In this document: one piece after another, positions 45,685-57,864 of the stretch | Position numbering within the stretch: position 1 is the stretch's first letter | How the letters are laid out: every line of letters begins with the position of its first letter | IMG/VR virus record: IMGVR_UViG_3300042507_005574 | Source of the DNA: a virus | Strand: one strand, 5' to 3' | Length of the DNA stretch: 64,000 nt | Made by a program: the position numbers and the translations under genes | Notes under the pieces: model-generated | What the model saw: only the letters and a program-made list of their open reading frames with translations | What the model was told of the DNA's origin: nothing | The model's database searches: none

Positions 45685-47337
45685 ATGGCAGTATTCTATT
45701 GGGTCGGCGGATATACAGGTTATACAGGTCCAGAAAGTGGATATAACACAACAGGTTCATATTGGACTAACTATGTTACGGGACTAACCACCTCGTATGG
45801 AGATGTATTTTATTCACCGTATGCATGGGATATTCGTCAAAACTGGAGGTTGGAGCACACTGGCCAACAACAACCTACTGATCCTGAAATTAGAGTGATT
45901 AGAGATTCAGTACCAACGAGATTACCTAAGGGTGGTGATGATGTCATCATAGGTGGAGTTGCTGCATATATTGGAACCGGACCTTATGGTGGGGGCAGCA
46001 CATCCTCAGGTGGAGCGTCTGGCGGTGGATCGGGACAGTTCTTAAGTTCACCATTAATATTTACGCCGAATATTGCACCGAATAATTTTTCACTTTTATT
46101 CGGAGGAATGTCTGGTGATGGAATCACCTCTGCCGGATTAACCGCTTGGAAAGAAGGCGGATCAACTAAACTGGCTTCATTTACAGTTAAACCATATTTC
46201 ACAAGACTTGATAAAACCATTAATTTTGGAGCATCTGGCAGCAGTATATCAATAAGAACGGGAGAGATTGGAAGTTGGGGACTCTCTTATTTGTGGGGAA
46301 ATTCAGTCCCTTCAGATTTTACTGGTGCCGCTCTTGGTAGAGCATTGACTCTTGTTAGTAATCCGATAAACTTAATTTTGGCTGATACTAACAACAACTG
46401 TTTTGTAAACAGATTACAATCTTCAAGAAGTGCAACGGGTGGAGCAGTTATTCATATCAAATCTATGAATTATGATGCTGGTTTTACTTCTGTAAGTTTT
46501 AATATGCACGGTAGATTTGGAGCAGGTTATACTGCTTCAGTTTGGGGGACAAATGAAACTTCTGCAATCAACCACTACTTAGTGCCAAGAGGAGAATGGG
46601 ACAGAGTATTGAATGATTGTGCAAATACAGAAATGAGTAATGTGGTCTGTAATTTTGTGAGGCACGGTGGATTCAGTTGGGATCGAGCGACGGGGTATTT
46701 CTCATCAGACAGAACTGCAAATATCAATGAATTTTTCATTTCATCAACTACAATAAATGGATCGAATAATAAAACTGGTGTTAATATAGAATGTTATGAA
46801 CAGGCGGCAGTTGGAAAGATTCTTGCTATAGGTTGGAGAAATCAAAGCCCAACTAACTGTATGACAATAGGAAATCTCGGTGGAATACCGTCAACAGTGA
46901 ATCAACTGTTAACTGTCTATACTGGAATCGGTATTTCAGGAAATCCTTATTTCGATTATCAATTTCCGCTAAACGCATGGAAAGAATCATATCCTTGGAG
47001 CATCAGTAATTGGTGGACTGGACCAATAGTAATGATAAGAAACTGTTTTGTGGAAGATCTAATTCATGGTGGTGGAGTGATCTTAGCAGATCCAAATTCG
47101 TCTGCGAATGATTATGTCATTCTGAAAGATGGCTTTATGGATTATCCGGCTCAAATAATATGCAAGAATTTTGAAAATCCTCAATGGAAAAATTTCTTAC
47201 TTGGATATTCCCCCAACTCAGACCTGGGAATTGGTGTAAGAACAAGAAATATTTCAAGTTCTTATTTAAACACTTACGCTAAACGGTATTTCATGATTCC
47301 GTATGATGGTCAAGGAACAACTATAACTAGAGACTGA
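45685..47337 (+). CDS. putative virion fibre or structural protein
   Basis: Late promoter upstream; FYWVGG start; G/T/S/N-rich. Confidence 0.65.
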   Translation: MAVFYWVGGYTGYTGPESGYNTTGSYWTNYVTGLTTSYGDVFYSPYAWDIRQNWRLEHTGQQQPTDPEIRVIRDSVPTRLPKGGDDVIIGGVAAYIGTGPYGGGSTSSGGASGGGSGQFLSSPLIFTPNIAPNNFSLLFGGMSGDGITSAGLTAWKEGGSTKLASFTVKPYFTRLDKTINFGASGSSISIRTGEIGSWGLSYLWGNSVPSDFTGAALGRALTLVSNPINLILADTNNNCFVNRLQSSRSATGGAVIHIKSMNYDAGFTSVSFNMHGRFGAGYTASVWGTNETSAINHYLVPRGEWDRVLNDCANTEMSNVVCNFVRHGGFSWDRATGYFSSDRTANINEFFISSTTINGSNNKTGVNIECYEQAAVGKILAIGWRNQSPTNCMTIGNLGGIPSTVNQLLTVYTGIGISGNPYFDYQFPLNAWKESYPWSISNWWTGPIVMIRNCFVEDLIHGGGVILADPNSSANDYVILKDGFMDYPAQIICKNFENPQWKNFLLGYSPNSDLGIGVRTRNISSSYLNTYAKRYFMIPYDGQGTTITRD

Positions 47338-47383
47338 CAGAAATTAATATGAATCGAATAAATCAAATCAATCGGAGACAAAA

Positions 47384-49045
47384 ATGAACTACTACTGGGT
47401 TGGTGGACACACAGGATACACAGGTGCAAATAGTGGTTATAGTGGAGGGCTTTGGTTTAAACCCGGTTCAGTAACTGGCGGAATCACAGCCGGAGATCTA
47501 TACTTCGGACCTTATTCATGGGGTGTTGTAGAAAACTGGAGAGTCATTGAAATAAGTGATGCCATATCAGGTCTTGCTATTTATGGGATTCCAACGCAAC
47601 TGCCGCAGGGAGGTGATGATTCGGCATTCTTTGGAAAAGTTGTAAATGCTTACACTATTTCTGGAGATTCTACTGGAAGTTCTATACTAAATCCCCACAT
47701 GTATTCTTGCTTATATGGAGGTATGTCTGGAGATGGATTTACTGCATCTTCGGCAACTGGATGGGCAGGAAACAACGGAGCAGCAAGATTTCAGCCAATT
47801 GATATAAGAGTAGACAAATCATTTATTCCAGGAAGCACAACGGGTCTTCTTTTAACTGATTTAGGGAGAATAGGTGCGATTGGAATCACATCAGATAATC
47901 CTCTTCGGGTTTATCCTGGAAATACTGTTATATTTGAAAAGGCATCTGAAACTGTTGGTGCCAACATTTCTCTGAGAAGTATGTTCACTTCTAAGAGTGT
48001 TATTCAGAGTTATTCTAATGATTCTAGACTAAATCCATCTGTGGCACTTGCTTCGGATGGATCTCCTGATAATCCCGTAGTCAGTTTGGGAAGAAAATTA
48101 AAAGTAGACTTAAAGGGCGGATGGTCAAGAGTTCGCCAAGATGCAGGAACTCTAGTATTAGGACAGATGTTTACAACAAATCTTCCCGGTTATCCAGATG
48201 CGTTCGGAATAACATGGGCAAATCAACCAGCCAGTGTATTGGTTGATGGAAAAATTAGAAAATTCCTTGCTAAAGAAGATAGCAGCGTTCACTACTATAT
48301 GATTAAACCGGGATCTGTGCTTGAAGGTGTTGAGATTATTGGCAGATCTTCATTCCCTCTATCTGCAACTCATGGTCCTAATCCATCGATCATTAGAGTT
48401 TCAGGGTGGGCCGGTATGTCCGAACCTCTTTCTTCTACTGGTGGCTCAGGTAATGTAGGAACTCGTCCGCAAAATGGTATAATTTTAGGTAAAATTCCCA
48501 CAACCAACGGTCTGACTGCTGGATTACCTTTCTACATTGAAGATCTTCATATAGATAATTTCCTTAATAGTTCAGTTTTCGGAGGAACGCATCCGCCGAA
48601 TGTTTGGCTTGCAAATACTGAAATTAAAGAGTTTAAGGGAGTGGCGGGAAGAGCAATCCCCCTGACAAATGACCCCTATAACACTCCGAATAGAGTTCGC
48701 ATTAAGAATGGATTCTTGATGAATGGGTTTACTCTTGAAACTTCTGATGCATATATTGGTGCCCAAGATGGTCTTGTGAGTTTGGTAGTGGGTATCACAA
48801 ATACTTCAGGATTTAGCGGTGCCTACGCAACTGGAGTGGCTTCGAACATTGGACTCACGACAATAAGTGGTTCAATTTATGGTCTAAGATACGATAATGT
48901 ATCTCCTTTTGGAACTCAAGGTTTTCCTCCTGTTTGCACGATAACATATCCATCCTTCTTTGATGAAGGAATCATTGGGGCAACTGCATATGTCAGAACT
49001 TGGAATACAACATCACTTCAAAGACCCGCAAGTGATCCTGATTAA
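47384..49045 (+). CDS. putative virion protein, paralog of 45685..47337
   Basis: Shared YWVGGxTGYTG, NWR, LPxGGDD, GGMSGDG motifs. Confidence 0.65.
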   Translation: MNYYWVGGHTGYTGANSGYSGGLWFKPGSVTGGITAGDLYFGPYSWGVVENWRVIEISDAISGLAIYGIPTQLPQGGDDSAFFGKVVNAYTISGDSTGSSILNPHMYSCLYGGMSGDGFTASSATGWAGNNGAARFQPIDIRVDKSFIPGSTTGLLLTDLGRIGAIGITSDNPLRVYPGNTVIFEKASETVGANISLRSMFTSKSVIQSYSNDSRLNPSVALASDGSPDNPVVSLGRKLKVDLKGGWSRVRQDAGTLVLGQMFTTNLPGYPDAFGITWANQPASVLVDGKIRKFLAKEDSSVHYYMIKPGSVLEGVEIIGRSSFPLSATHGPNPSIIRVSGWAGMSEPLSSTGGSGNVGTRPQNGIILGKIPTTNGLTAGLPFYIEDLHIDNFLNSSVFGGTHPPNVWLANTEIKEFKGVAGRAIPLTNDPYNTPNRVRIKNGFLMNGFTLETSDAYIGAQDGLVSLVVGITNTSGFSGAYATGVASNIGLTTISGSIYGLRYDNVSPFGTQGFPPVCTITYPSFFDEGIIGATAYVRTWNTTSLQRPASDPD

Positions 49046-49074
49046 TCTTGACTAAATACAATTAAAGGACAAAA

Positions 49075-49929
49075 ATGTTTACAAACCCTCACAATCAAAA
49101 TCTTCTCAATGATGTTATGCGTGTTCTCAGTGGAGAAACGACAGAAACTCCAATTAAGCCAGTTCCTCAGTGGATATCAGAAGCAGCGAAGAAGGCTGCT
49201 GCTGAAATTAAAGATGTCTTAAGTGAGGGTGTGGTTGTGACTAGCGAGAGCAGAAGAGATATTCTTCGGAAGAACCTATCCGAAGCACTTGATACTTGCA
49301 ATTGCTCTGTAAACACCGAAACTTCATTGCAATTTGAAGAAGAAGTTAGAAAACTTGAAAATCAAATTACAGAAGCCAAGCAAGCATCTGCTGGACAGAT
49401 TCTTGATATGTTAGAAAAGTCCTACAAGCAAAATGGACTTGATTCTATTCTTCTTGGATGGAAAGAACTAGGGCTTTCAGAGCCAATAAGAGTTGGAGAA
49501 GTACTAGAAGATTTCAAGTCTATATTTGAACCAAAGGATCAAAAGTCCGCTGCTGCCGATATTAAGAGTTGGCTAAAGCCAAATGATTACAACAAATATA
49601 AGAAGATGATGGAAGGTGTTGAAATCACTTTGAATGACGATGAAGTTGAATTGGATGAAATGGTGCCGGGATCGAAGACCGATAAGAGAGGAAATAAATC
49701 CGCAGCGTCAAAACTTCGTAAAGACAGATTGGCTAAGATCCGCAAAGAGAAGGAAGATATCAAGAGAGCCGAATTGGTGAGAATATTAAAAGCCCAAGGT
49801 GTATTGCCTACTAAAAAGGAAGAGGCTGAAGGAATCAATGAAATGGTTGACGGCCTTCTTGAATTTGTATCGAAATTGTCTGATGAAGAAGTGTCGGTGC
49901 TTCGCACAATCATTGACGAAACTAACTAA
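49075..49929 (+). CDS. acidic helical late protein, possible internal head or scaffold protein
   Basis: TAAATA upstream; many (L/I)xE sites (LSE-G, ITE-A, LDE-M, INE-M). Confidence 0.6.
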   Translation: MFTNPHNQNLLNDVMRVLSGETTETPIKPVPQWISEAAKKAAAEIKDVLSEGVVVTSESRRDILRKNLSEALDTCNCSVNTETSLQFEEEVRKLENQITEAKQASAGQILDMLEKSYKQNGLDSILLGWKELGLSEPIRVGEVLEDFKSIFEPKDQKSAAADIKSWLKPNDYNKYKKMMEGVEITLNDDEVELDEMVPGSKTDKRGNKSAASKLRKDRLAKIRKEKEDIKRAELVRILKAQGVLPTKKEEAEGINEMVDGLLEFVSKLSDEEVSVLRTIIDETN

Positions 49930-49952
49930 ATACCACAAAGTGGAGAAAATAA

Positions 49953-51077
49953 ATGTCGCACTGGAATAACAACGATAGAGAAGAATCAAAACCATCATGG
50001 CTCACACCAGCCCAAAAAATCAACTGCGTGAGAACATCAAAGGGATGGGAAGTTCCTCTTAATGGAACGAATGTTGGTGGAAGTCCCGATGGATTGAAGA
50101 ATCTCACCGGTCCTAGTCTTACGAGCCAAACATTCAACACCGAACTTTTAGTTTGCATGCCTAACGATGTGGTTTATGACCCGAACATTGTTGTTGCATT
50201 GACAGGTCCGATGACCATGTTCCACTTCGGTTCATCAGCAACAGGATTCTCCCTGACAGGTAATACAATTTACTATTACAATCCAGAAGCGAACTATGCA
50301 GGTGGAAGTACATCGGGTGTCGCTGCAATCGGGGTTATTGTGGCTGCAACTGCCGCTGCCGGTGCATACAATGTCCAACTCAAAGGATTCCAAAATCCCC
50401 CTAGACCGGTTCTTAGTGGTCCCCGTGATATAAACTCAACAGGAATTATGCATCCTGCTGGAGTTACTAGTGCAACTGCATCAGTTTCCTCTGTAGTGCA
50501 AATTATTGACAATGTGTTCTCAACTAGTTCACTCTATACTGGTAGAATTGCGGTGACTGGCGGATTGGATACAACCGTTGATCTTCCTAACTATGCCCCA
50601 TATATCACATGCCCATTTACCGGAGACTCAGCAACTGTTGGGGGCATCGACGGCAGAGGGGTTTCTTTCGGCACTAGTTTAACGGGAAGCGGCGGCGCAC
50701 AAGGATACTATGGAGTAGGTGCTTTTGGAAACTCCACTTTGAATTTCCCGGGGGCAACCGCTTATATCAAGATTGTTGCCAACGACAGTAACTTCACCAA
50801 TAACATTTCATTCTCAATAGTTTCAAGCACTCCTGCATTTGGAAATACAACATTGCTTGTTACAGGCTCAAGCCTTTTGACATCGACAAATGTTCCTACA
50901 GGAGTTTATGAAACATTCTTCGGACCTACCGCATCGATAAACAACAACATTGCTGTTCTCAGAATTAACAAGCCTGGTGCAACTGCAAACACGACTCGTA
51001 CAGTTGTTGTTCGTGCAAATGACGGTACGGTCGATGCTGATTCGACATTTACAATTTCATTTGGCGCAACTGCCTGA
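49953..51077 (+). CDS. virion structural protein
   Basis: MSHW...D...SKPSWL...GW...ELLV N-terminus typical of T4-like virion proteins; TG-rich. Confidence 0.65.
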   Translation: MSHWNNNDREESKPSWLTPAQKINCVRTSKGWEVPLNGTNVGGSPDGLKNLTGPSLTSQTFNTELLVCMPNDVVYDPNIVVALTGPMTMFHFGSSATGFSLTGNTIYYYNPEANYAGGSTSGVAAIGVIVAATAAAGAYNVQLKGFQNPPRPVLSGPRDINSTGIMHPAGVTSATASVSSVVQIIDNVFSTSSLYTGRIAVTGGLDTTVDLPNYAPYITCPFTGDSATVGGIDGRGVSFGTSLTGSGGAQGYYGVGAFGNSTLNFPGATAYIKIVANDSNFTNNISFSIVSSTPAFGNTTLLVTGSSLLTSTNVPTGVYETFFGPTASINNNIAVLRINKPGATANTTRTVVVRANDGTVDADSTFTISFGATA

Positions 51078-51088
51078 TAGGATTTATT

Positions 51089-51565
51089 ATGCGTAAATTC
51101 AAGGAACTCAGAAAAACGATTTCAGAAACATCAACTGGTCTTGATATTTCTGGAATTAATCGTCCTAGAGTTGGTCCTATGGATAGTGATAATGGAATAG
51201 ATTTCAACCAAAATCTTTCACAACTAAACCCATCGGAAGTTGATAGAATTAACATGTTTTTAGGTGCTTTGTCGGCAAAACCTTATCTTGATCCGAATCA
51301 GGCAATCAAGGAAGCACAAAGTAAATTGTCAACTGTTGGACTTCAATTCAACCTTAGCAATAATGATGATTTGAGAAAGAGTGGAGAAAGAATTTACCCA
51401 CTAAGTTTGTTTGGCGGATCATTCGGATCTGATGGTAAAACCTATGGCACATCAACTGACGATAACATTGAGCGTAAAATTGGATATAAGTTAGGATTAA
51501 TGGTAACATCTGTTCCGACATCAACAGGCATGACGAGTCTCAAAGCAGAAATAATGCCCATGTGA
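51089..51565 (+). CDS. hypothetical protein with CTS-like N-terminus
   Basis: MRKFKELRKTISE. Confidence 0.65.
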   Translation: MRKFKELRKTISETSTGLDISGINRPRVGPMDSDNGIDFNQNLSQLNPSEVDRINMFLGALSAKPYLDPNQAIKEAQSKLSTVGLQFNLSNNDDLRKSGERIYPLSLFGGSFGSDGKTYGTSTDDNIERKIGYKLGLMVTSVPTSTGMTSLKAEIMPM

Positions 51566-51580
51566 TATAAGTAATTCGTA

Positions 51581-51967
51581 ATGATCAATGAGCCTTTAAC
51601 TGAAAAAAACTACATTCAATATGCCATGAAGAACTACGACAATCCTTCGGGTGGGATTGATGAGTTTGAAGAGGACATGGCTAGAATGGTATACCTTAAA
51701 AGACTTTTCCGTAAGTACCACAACTCAGGAATACTTCGTGAAAGGTTGGTTTTAAATCACATCATCACATTCTATAATGTATTTGGAGTCGAGGTAGCAA
51801 CTCGACTTCTTTTCTTTAAAATAGAAAACGAACTTCACTACATACTTAAGACCTTTTTGATTTTCCTCAATTATCTTCCAGAGGGAAATCCTAAATTCAG
51901 CGTTGGTGTGGATGTTGTTTCTATACCTCTTGACAATATAATCATAAAAATTTTGAGGAAAATTTAA
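51581..51967 (+). CDS. conserved T4-like phage protein
   Basis: YAMKNYDNP...EFEED...YLKRLF...ERLVLNHII. Confidence 0.75.
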   Translation: MINEPLTEKNYIQYAMKNYDNPSGGIDEFEEDMARMVYLKRLFRKYHNSGILRERLVLNHIITFYNVFGVEVATRLLFFKIENELHYILKTFLIFLNYLPEGNPKFSVGVDVVSIPLDNIIIKILRKI

Positions 51968-52659
51968 TGTCTATAAACATGCTTGATACATTTATAGCCT
52001 ATAAGTTTATAAAGATCATATCAACCCCATGGAAAGATATGGACGCTTTCAAACTAGGAATAGTTGATGGTAACGGTAAAATTCTCAAGAAAAGGGGAAC
52101 TCTAACATCTCAAGCAGAGAGAGCAGCATACCCAAGTATCTTCTATACATTATGCTGGAACATTAAGAAACTATTAGATAAAGTTCCTGTTATCAATCTT
52201 AAGAGTAAACCTGGCGCATTCATAGCATCAGTTATGCTTCTTCGTGAAGTGTGTTCAAAAGATACAAAAGATCCCACCATGATTGAAGATCTGATAAAAC
52301 AGGAATTGCTAAAGCGAGGCATGCATATCGATGTTATCTCTGAATCTGCTTTCAGTCCAAAGACAATTCCAATCGGAACATATTCGATTCGTGGGCGGAC
52401 AATTAAAGTTAAATCTGATATTCTTCCGATAGATGAATGTTTTGGACATCCTGTCTATAAAGTAGATGGTATTTTTTTCATATTATCTGAGGCAAAGAAA
52501 GTCAAAGAAGAAGCACCCGTGAACAATGTGGGCGGTGGAGCAATTGCTGGGGCTTCTCCGGGACAAGAACCTCCTGGCCCAAGATTTGCAAAAGGCATCA
52601 GAAGACTGAGGAAAAAGAAGCCTCCGCAGATTCCTCCTATGGATGGGACATCCCGATAA
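51967..52659 (+). CDS. conserved T4-like phage protein
   Basis: YKFIK...TPW...AFKLGIVDGNGKILKK; C-terminal KEEAPVNNVGGG. Confidence 0.75.
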   Translation: MSINMLDTFIAYKFIKIISTPWKDMDAFKLGIVDGNGKILKKRGTLTSQAERAAYPSIFYTLCWNIKKLLDKVPVINLKSKPGAFIASVMLLREVCSKDTKDPTMIEDLIKQELLKRGMHIDVISESAFSPKTIPIGTYSIRGRTIKVKSDILPIDECFGHPVYKVDGIFFILSEAKKVKEEAPVNNVGGGAIAGASPGQEPPGPRFAKGIRRLRKKKPPQIPPMDGTSR

Positions 52660-52772
52660 TTTGGCTATCTAGTCATTGTGTCAAGAAAAAGTTATAGAAT
52701 ATAGTAATTTTCTTAAGAAATTATATGGAAATTTCAGAAGAACACTATATTATTAGACTTTCATAAATTTTG

Positions 52773-52800
52773 TTGACACTAATAATTTTGGCTGTAAGAT
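52773..52800 (+). promoter_or_regulatory. sigma70-type promoter
   Basis: TTGACA-16-TAAGAT; ATG 7 nt downstream. Confidence 0.7.
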
Positions 52801-52807
52801 TCTGCCA

Positions 52808-53833
52808 ATGGCGCAGTTCATAGACACCAAGTTTATAAACTTACTGTCCCCGAGACTTGAGCGGTTTCACTGGAAGAAGCCAAATTTGGCGACATGCCGC
52901 TGCCCCATCTGCGGGGATTCGGCAAAAAACAAACGAAAAGTTCGATTTTATTTCTATGAGAAGAATGGCAATTTCTTCGTTAGATGCCACAACTGCGATT
53001 ACGGAACAACTCTAGGCGGACTACTTCGTTACTTAGATGGTAATCTTTACAGACAGTACTCATTTGAAAATCTAAAAGACAAAGAGAGCGGCAAATCCTT
53101 CACCAAAAGGATCATTGCTGTGAAGCAAGATATCGTTTTGCCTGAGAATGAAGTTCTCAACAAGATGCCAAAATTGTCAAACCTGTCTAACTCGCATCCT
53201 GCTGTTGTTTGGGCCAAAGACCGAAAAATTCCTAAGTCAAAACTTAATTTACTTCATTACGCAGAGAACTTTGCTGAATGTGTATCTGATATTGATCCTG
53301 ATGCAAAAGTGGGGGATGACCAAAGAATCGTAATACCCATTTTTTCAAGAGGGGGGTCTCTTGTCGGAGTGCAGGGTAGAGTTCTTGATAAAAGCCAAGG
53401 CAGGAACATTAGATATTTGACGATCAAGGCAAATAAAGAAGGAGAACGGCTTTGGTATGGACTTGAGAGAATAGATCCGGATAAACCTCTGATAGTTGTT
53501 GAGGGTCCGATTGATAGTTTGTTTCTATCGAATAGTGTGGCAATGCTGGGTCTGTCAGATCCACTAAACATTCCTGTTGGAGTTCCAACAGATAAATTGG
53601 TATATGCTCTTGATAATGAACCTAGAAACAAACAAGTCGTGGATGCTGTGGCAAATCTCATAGATGCAGGTAGATCTGTTTGCATTTGGGATTCTAGAGT
53701 TGGTGGAATCAAAGATATCAATGACATGATTCTTAGCGGAATTCACGCTGCTCAAATTGAATCGATAGTGAGAGAACGAACACTATCAGGACTTTCTGCT
53801 AAACTTGCCTTGGAGTCATGGAAGCGTGTCTAA
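52808..53833 (+). CDS. gp61: DNA primase
   Basis: CPICGDS...CHNC zinc finger; VEGPIDSLF; DNEPRN; KDINDM. Confidence 0.96.
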   Translation: MAQFIDTKFINLLSPRLERFHWKKPNLATCRCPICGDSAKNKRKVRFYFYEKNGNFFVRCHNCDYGTTLGGLLRYLDGNLYRQYSFENLKDKESGKSFTKRIIAVKQDIVLPENEVLNKMPKLSNLSNSHPAVVWAKDRKIPKSKLNLLHYAENFAECVSDIDPDAKVGDDQRIVIPIFSRGGSLVGVQGRVLDKSQGRNIRYLTIKANKEGERLWYGLERIDPDKPLIVVEGPIDSLFLSNSVAMLGLSDPLNIPVGVPTDKLVYALDNEPRNKQVVDAVANLIDAGRSVCIWDSRVGGIKDINDMILSGIHAAQIESIVRERTLSGLSAKLALESWKRV

Positions 53834-53854
53834 ATAGAAATGTGGGAGTAATTT

Positions 53855-54127
53855 ATGGCGAATAATGAAGAACTAAAAGAAGAAATGACCAACGGCGATG
53901 AAGATGAAGAGATTAGTTTTGATGACATTGATCCTATTCCGACAGAAGATTCGGATATTGAAGAGGGTGAATATTCGACTACAGATATTCCTCCAGCGGA
54001 CCTCGTTGACTTGATTGCAAACCAAAAAGCAAGTGAAGCGAAATCGGAGATTTTCCGTTCTCTTTACAATAAAGTCGGTGAAAGAATCGAAGGACTTAAG
54101 TCTGAGATTCGTAAAAGTTCTGAGTGA
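53855..54127 (+). CDS. small acidic late protein, gp67 prohead-core-like
   Basis: TAAATA and GGAG upstream; acidic N-terminus, helical DLVDLI...LYNKVGERIE. Confidence 0.5.
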   Translation: MANNEELKEEMTNGDEDEEISFDDIDPIPTEDSDIEEGEYSTTDIPPADLVDLIANQKASEAKSEIFRSLYNKVGERIEGLKSEIRKSSE

Positions 54128-54142
54128 AGATAGGATTTTATT

Positions 54143-54847
54143 ATGATTCCAAATATGATTCCTGTTCTAGGGGCAGGATTTGTTCAATATGTTGATCACA
54201 TGGGAAGCGACTTGACGGTCGTAAATGCTGCCCGAGTCTCTTTCAACAAAGAAAGTGAATGGGAACATCCAGATAGCCATGTCCCTGCCAATATTCTTTC
54301 GGAAAAAGATAAGAAGTTAATCTATTATCTTGCAAAGCATAATCACTGGACTCCATTCGCACATCCACAGATTACTTTGCGAATCAAGGCTCCAATTTCA
54401 ATTCGCACACAACTATTTAAACACAAGCAGGGATTCGTAGAAAACGAAGTATCTCGCCGCTATGTTTCGGATTCACCGGAATTTTATTTGCCCAAATGGA
54501 GATCTAAGCCATCTAATGGTGCAAAACAAGGTAGTGAGGATTTCATCGATGATCAGCAGCGTATTGAACACTTTAACGATCTTTATAGCCAAGTTATTTC
54601 GAAGGCTCATGGATACTATGAATTCTTGATTGAACAAGGTGTGGCCCCTGAACAAGCGAGGTTTATTCTTCCTCAGGGAGCATATACGGAATGGTGGTGG
54701 ACTGGAAGTCTTGCAGCATATGCTAGAGTATATTCTTTAAGATCGGATCCCCATGCTCAATGGGAAGTTAGATCTTATGCCCAAGCCATTTCCAATATTA
54801 TTAGTTCGATATATCCTGAGTCTTGGAACGCTCTAACTTGTCAATAA
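54143..54847 (+). CDS. thyX: flavin-dependent thymidylate synthase
   Basis: VVNAARVSF, HWTPF, NEVSRRY, PEQARFILP, HAQWE. Confidence 0.95.
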   Translation: MIPNMIPVLGAGFVQYVDHMGSDLTVVNAARVSFNKESEWEHPDSHVPANILSEKDKKLIYYLAKHNHWTPFAHPQITLRIKAPISIRTQLFKHKQGFVENEVSRRYVSDSPEFYLPKWRSKPSNGAKQGSEDFIDDQQRIEHFNDLYSQVISKAHGYYEFLIEQGVAPEQARFILPQGAYTEWWWTGSLAAYARVYSLRSDPHAQWEVRSYAQAISNIISSIYPESWNALTCQ

Positions 54848-54865
54848 ATACAGGTGGTGCGGTGA

Positions 54866-56866
<2,001 letters not shown>

Positions 56867-56892
56867 AAGAGTGTTAATATTGGGTAATTACT

Positions 56893-57861
56893 ATGATTAC
56901 AGGAAACAGCATTATTCGAATAAGGCGTGGTGCTACAGGTGGAGTGATACCTGTAGGGCTAACCTATGGCGAACTTGCTGTAAATATTACGGATCGAAAA
57001 CTCTATGTTGGTAATGAAACTGGTGCATCCGTAGAAATTTTAGGTTCAGGTGGAATAGGAACGGGTGGCGCAGAGACAACATGGGACAATCCCAACCCAA
57101 CAACTGCTACGGATATAGATGGTGTTCCAGCCGGAACGACATTTGAATTCGGAACTACTGCCATAGAAATATTAGAGCAGATTTTGTATGCAACTCCTGC
57201 ACCCCCTCCTCCACCTCCATACACATCAGTATCATTCTCTAATTTTTCATCCGGCCTCGCTTCTACCTATGAGTTAGGTGAAACAGCAGGAAATGGATCA
57301 CTATCCGTTTCATGGACAGCATCTCAGCCGCACGATAATTGGGTTCCTGCGAGTGCATACATCAGTTACAGCGGATTGTCAAACGGACAAGCATTAACAG
57401 GTGCAAGCCCGACCGCAGGAAGTGCAGTTGCTGTATATCCAGCATTCAGGTCTACAAATCTATCATCAAATACAGTTACAATTACTCTGACTGGTCAGCA
57501 AGATCAAGGATCGAATCCATCGATATCGACAACAAGTAGATGGTGGACTAAAGCATATTGGGGTAAGTCAACAAATCCCTCTTTGACGGATCCTTTGTCT
57601 CTGTCAAATGGAAGTGATGTAATTGTAACATCAGGTACAACGAGAACAATCAGTACAACTGATGCAGGTGGTTACTTTTATTTCTTCATCAATGACTATT
57701 ACTCAGTTAGCAGTATGACACTTGCAGGATTCTCTGTTGCTTTGAATGGTGTATCAACAGCATCGGTACTAAATTCTCAAGGATTCTCATCGACATATAA
57801 AATATACAGGAGTTTCTATGAACTTCCTGGCCCTCTAGATATTGTTATTACTTATTCATAA
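56893..57861 (+). CDS. tail fibre-like protein
   Basis: IRIRRG...LTYGELAVNITDRKLYVG N-terminal fibre module; poly-Pro linker. Confidence 0.75.
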   Translation: MITGNSIIRIRRGATGGVIPVGLTYGELAVNITDRKLYVGNETGASVEILGSGGIGTGGAETTWDNPNPTTATDIDGVPAGTTFEFGTTAIEILEQILYATPAPPPPPPYTSVSFSNFSSGLASTYELGETAGNGSLSVSWTASQPHDNWVPASAYISYSGLSNGQALTGASPTAGSAVAVYPAFRSTNLSSNTVTITLTGQQDQGSNPSISTTSRWWTKAYWGKSTNPSLTDPLSLSNGSDVIVTSGTTRTISTTDAGGYFYFFINDYYSVSSMTLAGFSVALNGVSTASVLNSQGFSSTYKIYRSFYELPGPLDIVITYS

Positions 57862-57864
57862 ATT

